Under the pieces are notes generated by a model. The model worked only from the letters and a program-made list of their open reading frames with translations. It was not told the origin of the DNA and did no database searches. DNA of 64,000 nt, taken from contig OZ281499.1 in assembly GCA_965637545.1 (NCBI GenBank), forward strand, positions 10,168,001 through 10,232,000, read 5' to 3'. This DNA is from Phallusia mammillata. Lineage: Eukaryota. Shown piece after piece: positions 13,401 through 28,898 of the stretch. The translations under genes were made by a program, and so were the position numbers. The stretch's first letter is position 1. Each line of letters begins with the position of its first letter.

Positions 13401-14598
13401 CTTTTCGCTCAGATCATGTTCTAACGAAACGATACAAGATCCCTCCAAGTTTGTCTGTCCCGGTTAAGTTTATCAAAGGAAAAATGGATTACAACCAATC
13501 AGATGTTACTCCTGGATTCATTGAGTTCCGAAAGTATGGCAGATTTGAATATCCGTATTCGATATGTCCCGGAATAAGGTGACTTCAGTGACAGAAATGT
13601 TAGTGGGTGTGGGAAATGGTAATGCTTTTTACATTTAACTAGTCGTAAGTTCAAACCAAAATGTGATTTTGAAACCGAATGATGAATATGATTAGGTTGA
13701 AAAACGATACAGACCCTTCCTTGTATTGTATTGGCGGAATGACATACGCAACATGGTATTCATCTCATGACTTCTATGGTGATTTTTCTGGTTAGTCGTT
13801 TTGGTTTCTTCGCAGTGCAGTAAAATATCTAATTATAATGCACTATGCATGCACCAATTTGCATGATCAAAAACCTCCACGACACGAGCATTTCCGGGAC
13901 TCCAGCTCCACCTACCACGCTATACAGGCTCAGCGGTGAGCTTGTTGAAAGTCGAATCACAAGCACCGTTGCTTGCCTTATATGCTGCCCATGTCAGCTT
14001 GTTGGTAGTTGGGGATGGCCAGATTGACCAGTTATCAACCTGTGTCTGGGAAACTATGATTTATAAATTAGTGTGCAGTTCTCGCTGTTCTGCATGAACA
14101 CTTCAGCGCAGATCCCAGTTATGATTTTGAGGCTATATTTCAAATGCTTCATTGTGTTTTTAAATAGGCTGCCTCAGTATTCTTTTGGGAAAATCATCAA
14201 AAATGGTTTTGGCCAGCACCAAACCTTTTCATAGTCGCATTTGCTTCATATGCTGCAACATGCAATTTGCAAATCACTGTAAAAGCGTTTTACTGCCAAT
14301 AAATCTCTAAAACTCAATCTCAACTGAACTCAAATATTAAATGCTGTGTTTTGAAAGCTCGGAATCTACTTACAAATTTCGCTTCCAAATGCTTTACGCT
14401 GGTGCATATTTTAAAATTTTAAATTCAGATGTTTTAGGTAACTCAATATTTAGCACATTTTTTCAATTTAAAATTTTGGAATATCGTGTTTTCACAGCTT
14501 GGTACCAACTTGTAGCTCACAGAGTAAAGCGGGCCAACTCAACCACAGGAGGTGACGTCACCGATTTGACTTCCACTCTTCTACTGTTTTATCGCTAA
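7480..14598 (+). CDS. Copy A: membrane-anchored intelectin-like protein with a large insert, 15 exons, 573 aa, apparently intact
   Basis: Exons 7480-7522, 7574-7695, 7920-7965, 8045-8175, 8236-8341, 8396-8487, 8702-9028, 9090-9148, 9282-9390, 12545-12670, 13090-13220, 13287-13354, 13413-13578, 13696-13790, 14498-14598. All introns GT-AG; total 1722 nt, open frame. Motifs [52 protein letters not shown] and LLLFYR* match intelectin. Confidence 0.85.
9522..9737. mobile_element. hAT-like MITE in intron 9 of copy A
   Basis: TIRs cagtggttctcaaac / gttcgagaactactg. Internal gcgacgc repeats. TSD only partial. Confidence 0.65.
9819..9959. mobile_element. Fold-back MITE (family also at 23455-23935 and 27725-27841)
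   Basis: The two halves are reverse complements: aatgaaggcgttataccgaatc..caccaag..ccatatggcaaggcgtag versus ctacgccttgccata..cttggtgacc..ggtataacgctttcatt. Confidence 0.7.
10001..12286 (+). mobile_element. Internally deleted hAT DNA transposon with a ZnF-TTF / ZMYM1-like transposase fragment
   Basis: TIRs caggggcggctcgtgc / gcacgagccgccactg. Perfect 8-bp TSD ctgttgtc (9993-10000, 12287-12294). ORF 10482-10982 carries RRFNSEWY..WL....NVLFCFPCLLFG...W...GF....KHEKSKKH. Confidence 0.9.
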
Positions 14599-15438
14599 AT
14601 ATTAATTATCCTGTGTGACTGAGTCTGACAACACTTTGGAGGTTAAAAAAAGATGGAAAATACTCTTAAAATGTTTAAAAATATTTTTTTGGAAATTTCT
14701 CATTGTACAAAGCAAGAAACTTTTGAAACCCTATATACAGGTAGTTTTTTTTCATTGCAACTCAAATGCGCTTTGAAAACCATTGCATCAAAATAATGTT
14801 CAGTTCAAAGTTGTCACTGTCAAAATATTGAGGAAAATTTTTCGAGAAAATAGCTTCCTTACTTTTCATTTAACTCGATAAAATATACATTTTTTTTCCA
14901 ATTGTGTTCTGTGTTAGTTTTACTTATTACGACATTATATACGTACAACAGATATATATTCGTTTTTTTGGAAACCTTTTTTCGAGAAATTGCTATTCAA
15001 CGCTGTTGCTTCTCTATCACAAATATCTAAAAGTATGAAAATTATAATAAACATGATTTCGACAATGGTTAAAATAATTGTGACTTTAATACTGATCGAT
15101 TGGCGACAAAAGTATTAAGCGATATGTCGCGGTAAAGTACATTGCACTGAAGTCGTAATGTAAAATATCCTGCAGAAAATTTAGTTATACTAAATTTATA
15201 ACAAAATAAGACTTGGTAAATCATCCGATCTCCAAGCAACCAGCATCAAAATCAAAGTTTAAACCTCACCACTTGGGCTTACATAGATTTGTTTGACATA
15301 TTTTGGTCACTTGACCACATTTGAAACAAATAAAATGTACGCATTTTCGTTTTTGGCAAAATACATCAATTCAATCTACAAATTTACATCATGAAAAAAA
15401 AAAAAAACAGCTAAAAACAATCGGTATAAGAGTTTAAT

Positions 15439-19341
<3,903 letters not shown>

Positions 19342-19550
19342 TCCTTTTTATTTGAATAAAACTTCAGTAACAAAAACTATTAACCAGAAAAGCGTTATAT
19401 GTACGTAAGACGTCCCACTGTGCAACAACCAGTCGTTCCAAACCGCAAGTCTGAGGGCAAATCTGGCGATGGCGTAATTTCCGTCACGAGCTGTCAATTA
19501 GATTATTTTGTGATTCGTTCGCTTCTTTTGTTGCTTTGTTGCATCTGCAT

Positions 19551-19868
19551 CAGTGCCGGATTAAGGGTCTGCTGGCCTGGCCCGAAAAATCAGGGTTGCC
19601 AACTAAAAAATTAGATTTATCAGTGATGCCAAATCATTATCACAAAGATCGTTGTTGCAACTATAACACAGGGTACCGTGCAAAAACTTGGCCATGTCCC
19701 AATTTGGGGGTGCCTTCGAATAAAAAAAAGCTATTAAGATAAATACTATTAAGATAAAAATATTTATTTTGAAAACATAACTAAATTTCTACTGATTTTA
19801 AAGTGGCCTGGATTTTTGACTGGCCTGTAGGCACGTGCCTATTTTGCCTAATGGTTAATCCGGCACTG
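19551..19868. mobile_element. hAT-type MITE ~210 bp upstream of the copy B start
   Basis: TIRs cagtgccggattaa / ttaatccggcactg. TSD atctgcat / atcttcat. Confidence 0.8.
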
Positions 19869-22800
19869 ATCTTCATTTGTGTAGCGCGTTTCTTTTTTGA
19901 CTAATTCGTGTGTTTCAATCCCAGACGAAAAAATGACTTATTTAAGGTTGATTTTTATTCATACACGCGAATAGTTTTGAAACACTTTTTATGAATGTTC
20001 TCTTGCATTAGTTTTACTTGATGATCGGTACAATTTATAAAATGTCGGAAATGAAATCTGTTTTAAAAAGTTCTGTTTGACAATCTTTATCTCCAACATG
20101 GTTTTTACCATTATTTTCCAGTCTTTAATTACTGATTAAGCTACTTAACTTTTGCCACAAATGGTGCAAAGCAAAAATATTCTGAACAGTTAAATGCAGG
20201 CAGTTTAGCTTCAGTTTATTTTAAACGCGAATCATCAAATACAAAAGCCAACAAAACACGTGTGCGAAAGAAAAAGGCAAACGTCACGCATGGAAAAATA
20301 AGCTGAAAATTTTGAAAACTGAATCGTAGAAAATAGTGCGGTTACAACACGACGAAATTTTGTTGATGCTTGTATTTAGATATGTAGCGATTACGTCATA
20401 CTTTGTGCAAACTTTGCAATAGTTGTTTACCAAATTAGCTCGTTTTACTTGCTAGAATGCTCGAGCTGATAATAACAACTGTTTTATGTGCACCTGGGTG
20501 CAAAGTAATTTGTTGTGTATGATTGTTATTTAACCTTGCCTGATGGTTGAATGCTTCGGGACATCTAAAGATAACAAGGACACAATCATAAAAATTAATA
20601 CATTTCAGCGTAGATAAATGAAAAGTAAGAAATCTATTTTCTCAACGATTTTCCTCAATATTTTGGCAGTAACAATTTTTAACTGAACATTATTTTGATG
20701 GAATGGTTTTTAAAGCGCATTTCAGTTGCAATGAGTATAACTACCTTCATAAAAAGTTTCCTGCTTTTGCCACAAAAAGCACACGTTAAAAAATATTATA
20801 CTCCTAACATTTTGTCAGACTTACTCACTTTATATTAATATTTAGCGATAAAACAACAGAAGAGTGGAAGTCAAATCGGTGACATCTTCTCCTGTGGTGG
20901 AGTTAGCGCGCTTTACTTGGTGAGCTGGAAGTAGGCTCCAAGCTGTAAAAACACAATACCAAAAATTTGTAATGAAAAGGTATTGAGGTATTGAGTTACT
21001 TAATAAGCTTATATTATCTGAATAAAATTTTTAAATATGCACCAGCTTTAAACATTTTGATGCGAAATTTGTATATTGGTTCATTAGGAAGCAAAAGCGA
21101 CTGCGGATGAACCCTTTAGGTTACGAAAACTAATTTTTGGTTTTTGGAACAAAAATGTTACGCAATCGAATCCGAAAATAAATGAAGCTACATGTTACTA
21201 ACAAAACTGTCAGAGCTTGTTTTCTCATAATGCATCGCGATATATAGACGCAAAAATATTGCTATCTTTAGTGTACTTGTTTTTTTAATTTATTTCGCGA
21301 CAATCAAAACAAAAATAAGACAAACCAGAAAAATCACGACAGCCCATTGGAGGTATAAACCATCTTGTCGTTGTCACTCCGCCAATACAATGGTAGGATC
21401 TGTATTGTTTTTCAACCTAAGCAGACTCGTTTTTCAGCGTCGTAGTTTACTTTTTAGTTTTAACTTACAACATGTTAAATGTAGAAAGTATTTACATTTT
21501 TCACACTTATTAACATTTCTGTCACTGAAATTACCTTATTCCGGGACACATCGGAAACGGATATTCGTATTGGCCATACTTTCTGAACTCACTGAATCCA
21601 GGAGTAACTTCTGATTGATTGTAATCCATTTTTCCTTTCGTAAACTTAACCGGAACAGACAAACTAGGTGGGGCCTTGTATCGATTTATGAAAGGGTGTT
21701 CTGAGGAATAATGTTTAAAGCTACTCTTTAACAGTTTTAATAGTAATACACGTCTTACCAAAGCACGTCGGTATAAACTGCTGAGCACGAACCCAATCAT
21801 CTAAGTCTAAAGACTGAACATATGTTCTGGAATATTTTTTTCATTATCGAAAATGACTAATATACAAAATGTAAAATTACCGTTGAAGTATCATATAGCC
21901 AATCAACGTTGCCTTAGTCGTGTTGGTGATTTGAACTTCAACGATTCCTTGCTCATTGTTTTGGTAAAACTTTGCTGATTGGGAATTGGAAGAAGATATC
22001 CTTCCCCATTTCTGTTGGACATAAAAGGGATATGCAAAAACTTGATTTTCTATCGGTTGGCACCATTAAATTCGTTCAGCTGAGTCAAACTAGCATCAGT
22101 TTGCTGTGAGGCAGGCTGCCAAACATCACGGGAATTCAGTAACAATTTATCATAAAATAGCGACATATTTAAATTCAGATCAAATATGTACTTACGATGG
22201 AATTGGTGACGGTAAAGAGAACGTGGCAATTACCGCACAGAGCTCCAAAACTTGCGTTATAGCCTAATTGTCACGATAATTTTTTAATATGTACTTAGTA
22301 TAGCGGACTTGGGACGCCTTTCCCAAGCAATCTGAAACAAAATCAAAGATTAAGCACATAACTTCTGCGTATACTAATTATTGCCTTATTATTATTTGTT
22401 AATTTATTTTGACGTAAAGTGTGACAACCGTTTTCCGGTAATAATCGCTCAATAACAGGTCTTTTTAAGTGATAAAACCTAGAAATAAAAATCTTATTTA
22501 CACATCTAAATGGTCGGGCAGACCAAAAACTCTTGTAGAGCTTCTATCTCATAAAGAATTGGTGGAAAAATGTTTATTACCTAACCCCTAAAAACCCCAA
22601 AGAAAAACACCAATTTACTGTAAACCCATTAATATCAACATTTTAATATCAACAGGGTTATGTTGCAAAGGAACCCAAACCATAGTGCTGGCGACTTTTT
22701 TTTGTTTTTTGTAATACAGCTAAGATCGAGTTGAAACCCGGAACGCTACAAAAATAGTGGCAAGTACATAAACGAAAAATTGTTTGGATTAAATCAAAAC

Positions 22801-23454
22801 AACACATATATCATTTATCCACAAGTTAACACAAACTTAAGTAGATTTAATAACCAACCTGTAATTTCCCGTCTTGTTTATATTTATAGGTTTTAGCGCA
22901 TTTAACTGAAAGGTCATCTGTAAACGACAAGATTGTTAACGGTTGTAAACAGTGTCACTTTTTTCAAATTAACTTACCTTATCGAATCCATAAACTGGGG
23001 GCGGATAATTCTTGTCACCTGGACCTTGCCAAAGCCAGTCCCAGTTATATTCCTGCACACAGTCGGCCATTTTTCCAAATATGTATGAATTAAGAGGGCA
23101 TTCACTTTCAAGATAGGTAGAAAAGCTGTCCGGACATTTAGTGCTAATACGGGACAATGGAAAGTATTGCGTAAAGAAAGTTGGAAGATTCGATCCATAT
23201 TTCTGAAGAAATCCGTTTGTTGTGTGATATTTGAAAAATGCACCACTCGAAATTGTAGGTAATGCAAGATAATTTGGCACATGCCATATCATCAAGTCTG
23301 AAGCCTGGGAAAGGTGTATGGATTAGTTGTAATCGAATGCAAACCAAATCGATCTTATGCATAACTAAGATAAATACATTTATACCGGGATCAGCCCTGA
23401 ATCGTCGATGCAGACCTGAGATCATGCAATTCTCATCTTTAAATCATGGTACCC

Positions 23455-23935
23455 CAGGCTTTATGAAGGCGTAATACCGAATCGAGCTGATGTCTTACGC
23501 ATAGCAAGGCACAGACTAAAATAACTAGCCTGCTGTGGGATTCGAACCAACGACCTTCTTCTTTTCGGCACTCGACTTCAATAGGCCTTAAGTACAATGA
23601 TTTGTGAATAAGTATGGTGTGTTCGCTGGTAAGCTTCGGGATTGATCCCAGTATGATTGTACTTATCTTAGCAGATCACTGGTCGAACTGGCGTTCATAT
23701 ACTAGGATGCTGACATGAGCAGCATACAAGGCCAGTAACAGTGCTTGTGATTCCACTTTCAGTGGTTTCACTATTGAGCATGTGTAGCTCAGTTGGTAAA
23801 GCGACTCCCGGCAATATTCGTACTGTTGGTTCAAATCCCACCGCAGGCTAGTTTTTTTTATATGTTCCTTGTCATATGGGAATTTTTGGGCGACCGGTTT
23901 AAATCGATGTGACGCTTTTAATGGGCCTGGCGCGT
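23455..23935. mobile_element. Fold-back MITE with tRNA-derived inner arms (intron 6 of copy C)
   Basis: Outer arms match the 9819 family. Inside, a degenerate tRNA-like unit at 23778-23850 (A box tagctcagttggta, B box ggttcaaatcc, followed by a T-run) and an inverted 3-prime half at 23525-23551. Confidence 0.6.
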
Positions 23936-24110
23936 CATGGTAATTTTTTGTTGAACTTACATTTAGAGCATACAATGCTTTGCTTTTGTAATCTCCACTA
24001 GTTGCTTGTTCAAGTGTGCCAAACGTTTTCATGTTGAACCAATTGTCGAATTCTGCAATATTGATCACAACAAATAGTTAGTCCAATTACACAAAACGAA
24101 TTATATAAAC

Positions 24111-24864
24111 CAGGGGTTCCCAACCTGTGGTACGCGTACCACTAGTGGTACGCGAAGGCTTTTCAGGTGGTACGCGAGTAGCTTCCGCTTTTTTCACGTA
24201 AACCTGAATTTACAACTTTATATTTTGTTTATCTGGTTTTGTTTTTCAAAAAAATCTCCAAGGTTCTTCTTATTGTTACGTAACTATTCCTGTTGTTTCG
24301 TATCATTACGATCTTCAAAATACAGGTTATGTCAATTGTCAACAAGAAGCACAGTTGCTTTGAAACGCCGTAGAATGCTGTGAGACAGTGGGCATTAATT
24401 ATATGTCAAATGATTGCCCTTGATAGATATCATCTACTATTTTATAGCTTAAGCTACAAATAGCGTTGAATAATGCTAGTGTTGTAAGCTAAAATAGATC
24501 AGGATAAAATGTTCAATAACGGTATGAAGAGGTAGTTTATGCTTCGTAGTAATGCATAGGAATGTGAGCAGGTATTTTCCGTCACGATGATCATCAAGTC
24601 AAAAATTTGAAACCGACTATAGGTGCGCACGGAAATGACTTTTGATGCGCTGCCAGTTTACACCTCGCATCGACCAATTGGTGGACAGTAAACAAAAATA
24701 TCATTAAATTTCGTTGTGGTGCTTTAGTGTTATTTTAGTAGGCCAATATTCTTCTTCTGAATACAATATGATTCGATCAAATTAGTTGTTCTGCAAGAAG
24801 TGGTACGCGTAGCAGTACAGAGCGTCCAAGTGGTACGAGATCGTAAAAAGGTTGGGAACCCCTG
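24111..24864. mobile_element. hAT-type MITE in intron 5 of copy C
   Basis: TIRs caggggttcccaacct / aggttgggaacccctg. Perfect 8-bp TSD atataaac. Confidence 0.9.
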
Positions 24865-25584
24865 ATATAAACAAACCAACCAGGCGACAACGACCCATGA
24901 CCACATGTCTACTGTCTCACATTCACTAGCTATATCTTCGTTGTGAATTGAAGCCACCAACGTCCGACCACCCCCATCAGACGACATGTCACAATATACC
25001 TAAAAACAAAAAAGATTACCAAATAACCGTGCAAGCAAACTAACAAACAATACATGAAAGGACGAAGTGTATGCATTGGGTTTAATAGTGATAAGGTCTG
25101 AGATGTTGTAGCCTTGTCTCAAGGCGTCTTTGCAATCTTTAAATATTTGGCTGGGGCAAGAGCCGAAATCAATTTGTTGATATTTTTCTAAACAATGATC
25201 TGATTGATTATAAAATATGCTGCTCACAGACAGCATTACTGAACTGAACCACAGTCCAATTACTTTACAACATACACCTTTAACACTTGAGGTAGACTTT
25301 CCTTCTTCTCTTTGTCTTTTCATCTAATGGTGAATAAGGAAGATTTGAAACACAGTTTTACACCTGACCTATTCCAAATATTCGTATGTTACAAAAGATA
25401 AGTTCCTTAAATAATCTGTTTCAACTGTATTGTTATACTGTATTTTTGGTTACAACAATTTTGTGTTCATTTTTTAACAGTACACACAATTTTTGCAGTC
25501 TTGTACTTTTTGGTCAAAACATAAAAACGTATTAAAATACCATTCTGATTCCGAAACCAACGTTGATGGCAACCGCAAGAACAA

Positions 25585-26380
25585 CTAGAAAGGTGGTTTT
25601 CTAATATACTTCCATTTTAGCCCTCCCGCTCTGCATTCACCCGCCTTAATCGTAAACTAATAAATTACTCCCTTGAGATTTGAGACTTCTATCTGACTGA
25701 CAGTGTACAAATATTATGGACTGTAAAAGTAACTATTTGGCCGATTAACTTATTTTTTTCTGGGTTTAAAGGGTGAAAATTGGTAAATCCAATAAAAAGT
25801 TACAAAATTCTTTAGAATATCTTACATTGCACCAATCAACAAAGCATGAAACTCTCAGATTATGTACTTTAGTCAGTACAGCCGTTTTTAAAAAAATCGT
25901 TTTGGGGGCCTGTGGGTGAACCGCTGGGTCGTTCGGGGTCAAACTTTAGAAGGATCAAATTTGGATTAATAACTAACATCTGTGCAAATTTGAATAAATT
26001 TAAAGCACTCTTTCTTGACTAAATGCGTTTAACCAACCAGCGTTAGACAGAAACGAATATTTTGGGGTTTAGGGGTGAAAATGGGTACATTTTTTTAAGG
26101 TAGCAAAGTCTTACCTTACATTGCACCAAACAACGAAGCATATAACTCCTAAATGATGTACTTTAGACAGTACAGCCGTTTTAAAAAAATTACGTTTTGG
26201 GGACCTATGGGCAAACTACTGGGTCAATCGGGTTCAAACTTTAGGAGGATCAAATTTGGATTATCTAACATCTCTGTAAATTTGAATAAATTTAAAGCAC
26301 TCTTTCTTGACCAAACGTGTCTCACAAACCAGCGTTAGACAGAAAAAAGAAAAAAAATACGGACAAAAACAATATAATAA
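25585..26380 (-). mobile_element. Helitron-like non-autonomous insertion with two ~290-bp tandem units, inside exon 2 of copy C
   Basis: On the minus strand it ends in the hairpin tagaaa-accacc-tttcta plus CTAG, followed by T. No TSD or TIR. Removing it at an A|T site restores LLLIVLAV in frame. Internal direct repeats at ~25760-26050 and ~26065-26345. Confidence 0.55.
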
Positions 26381-27312
26381 GCAGTAAAATTATTAACAGA
26401 TGTACAAAGATGGCTGACTGGTGTGAAGTATGCTTTCCGTATTCGCTTTTAGAATCTAACAAATGAAAATTCAAAGTCAATATAGCTTTTTGTTTTGCAA
26501 CAAAACCTTACCAATGGAACCTGACCCGTGCTCGGTTCCGGCGTTTTCGTACATTCTTCAGTTTTGATTAGCAAATAGGCTAAATGTGTGCAACGCTTCT
26601 CTGTGAAACAATAATCAAGAAATGCTGCAATTCTGACTGCACGTCTTGTGACCACTTAATTTTGTGGCAAACTGAATGCATTTCCCTCACGAAATATCCA
26701 TTATTTGTTCCATTAATAATGCATTTGTCTGTTGTCCGTCAAGTTTTTGTCAAAAGAAGGTAACAAGTCGTATGTGACTGAAACGCTATTTGTTGATAAA
26801 CTGTCAGTGTGGTTTGATATCTCACTAAGTAACATATAATTTGACAAAAAGCCCGTTGTTACCGAGTTGCAAGCCGAAGTCCAGATTCAAACATAAAATA
26901 GATAAGAAAATAGCGTTTGACGGACCCCCAATGCTAAAGCGATAATGAAACGCAACTGTGCTGCTGTGTAACACAACTTTTCGCGCGGTAGAAACGCATA
27001 TGTTTTCATATCAAACGGGTAGCTTGCGAATTCGCCTTTGGTTGATTCGGTCTTTTTTTGATTTGGTTGAATTTTTTCGGCAAAACTGCCGAATATTCGG
27101 TAACATTCACGCAGGAGAACAATTATTAAATGTTCTAAAACTTTTCACGTGTATAAATAAAATTAATCGCACGTAAGTTATCTTTAGATTGTTTCTAAAA
27201 AAGACATTTGTTCAGGCAATGAAACACACGAATGTATCAAAAAAGGAACACGCTATACAACAGCAGTTGCAACAAAAGAAGCAAAGAAATTACAAAACAA
27301 TATAATTGACAG

Positions 27313-27326
27313 TTCGTGACGGAAAT
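27313..27326 (+). promoter_or_regulatory. Conserved upstream motif TTCGTGA(C/G)(G/T)GAAA(T/C); the copy D instance is shown and one lies upstream of every paralog
   Basis: Gene-oriented copies at 7344-7357 (A), 19477-19490 (B), 26680-26693 (C), 27313-27326 (D), 36842-36855 (E), 47067-47080 (F), 53666-53679 (G), 55228-55241 (H) and 61206-61219 (I). Each is 125-175 bp before the ATG. Confidence 0.6.
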
Positions 27327-27724
27327 TACAACATCGCCAGATTTGCCCTCAGAATTGCGATTTGGAATCATTAGTTGTCAGCACACAGAGGGACGTCTCA
27401 CGTATTCATAACGATATTGTGGTAAGGACTTCCATTGTGTACTGAAGATTTTATCAAGGCAAAACGGAATGTTTGCAAATGCCACAGCTGAACAACGTAC
27501 CAGGAAAGACTTTCAATTTCCGTCTAATACTTTAGAACGCAGCCCTGGAATAAATAGTTTATACCAGACAGGCATTTTTGCACGAATTCTAATCATTTTT
27601 CTGCTGACAGTTACTACTGCAGATGTTGGATTCGGGACTCAAATGGTATTATATTTTGTCGTCAGGTTAAAACCAAGTACAATAAACGCAGTACTAACAC
27701 TTTAAAATCACAGTACGCAAGGTT

Positions 27725-27841
27725 CATTGAAGGTACCATGACAAATCAGCCGGTCACCAAGCATTTACCACCATAGACTCCGCCTTGCCATATGGTGGTA
27801 AACGCTTGGCGACCGGTTTATTCGGTATGGTGCCTTCAATG
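27725..27841. mobile_element. Short fold-back MITE in intron 2 of copy D
   Basis: cattgaaggtaccat..ccggtcaccaagcatttaccaccata / tatggtggtaaacgcttggcgaccgg..atggtgccttcaatg. Same family as 9819-9959. Confidence 0.7.
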
Positions 27842-28233
27842 GGCCTAGAGTACTGTGATTTATACATGAGTGTGCCGTGAGGACTGATCTCAGTTATGAA
27901 TTTATGTTTATCTTTACTAACACTTATTAATTAATTCTAATTTTGCATGTTTTAGATTCGAAGCTTTTGCTATAACGTGTATGTTATTAAATGATCTTTA
28001 ATATCATTTTTTTGTTCAAAATCGAATTTTAGAAGCACATTTTGTAAAATAATCGCGTTTAATATAGATGAGGATTGACAAAACACATGGTAAACTAAGA
28101 GTTACTTAATAATTTAGGGGGCTGGTGAAACATACTATACAACACCAACCTCTTTTCTAAACCTTGCGGTTAGTTAAAGTTACGAGCAAAACATATGTTC
28201 TTTCCTTTTGATTAGGTGGAAACACAAACAGAT

Positions 28234-28847
28234 CAGGGCTGCCAAAGCTTGGGTTTTGCCCCAAGATCTTGGGTTTTTACTTGACGTCTTGGGTTCTTGG
28301 GTTTTATTTTGAAAATTATAGCAATTCTTGGGTTTAGAGTCTTATTGATGAAATAATATATGTAAGAACTATTTTAACGAGAAAAGTTTTTCGGGTAGCT
28401 GCAGTGTTTAGGCCATTTTATCATGTCTTTTATTTTCTCTCTTTTCTAGACCCTAATTCTTTCTAGATAAGTATACAGGGAAAGCAATCGTTACACTTAA
28501 AAATGCAAATAAATCAATGCTCGTTAAACATAAAAACTCTAAATATACTGTAGACATTACTAATTTTATGAAAAAGAAAACAGATTATGATCATCAAACA
28601 GTCAAGAGTGAACTGGCGATTGCTGCATATTTTATTAAAAATGATATTCCCTTTGCTTGCATTGACCATTTCCTACCAGTTTGTAAAGTTGCATTTCTGG
28701 ACTGTAAATTGTCAAAAATTTGTCAATGAACCGAGTAAATTTCCTAATTAATTGCATTTCTAACCACATTTTGCAATCTTGGGTTTTCATTTAAATTCAT
28801 TTTGCTGTGAGACTTGGGTTTTGTTGAAATTCTCATTGGCAGCCCTG
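28234..28847 (+). mobile_element. Internally deleted hAT element disrupting exon 3 of copy D
   Basis: TIRs cagggctgccaa / ttggcagccctg. Perfect 8-bp TSD aaacagat (28226-28233, 28848-28855). ORF 28517-28729 (SELAIAAYFIKNDIPFACIDHF..F.DCKL) resembles a hAT transposase N-terminal region. Confidence 0.9.
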
Positions 28848-28898
28848 AAACAGATATAGAAGGGTCTATGCCTACTGCTGAAGGTACATGTTCTATGT

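Larger units (their letters stand above)
20842..26554 (-). pseudogene. Copy C: intelectin-like pseudogene (A-like)
   Basis: Starts MYENAGTEHGSGSI. Exon 2 is split by an ~800-bp insertion (25585-26380). GGGW is changed to GGGR. The exon-5 donor is out of phase (~24881). Frameshift in exon 14 (gat cct acc att gta ttg gcg gag tga, ~21370-21400). Terminal exon still LLLFYR*. Confidence 0.8.

Noticed and set aside
7480-14598. Two tandem intelectin domains per gene, or two separate genes per unit
   Set aside because: Each unit has only one N-half and one C-half motif set. Exon phases join continuously from one ATG to one LLFYR stop.
23778-23850. Functional tRNA gene
   Set aside because: The anticodon arm does not pair, and the D and acceptor stems have mismatches. 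It is embedded in a fold-back repeat.
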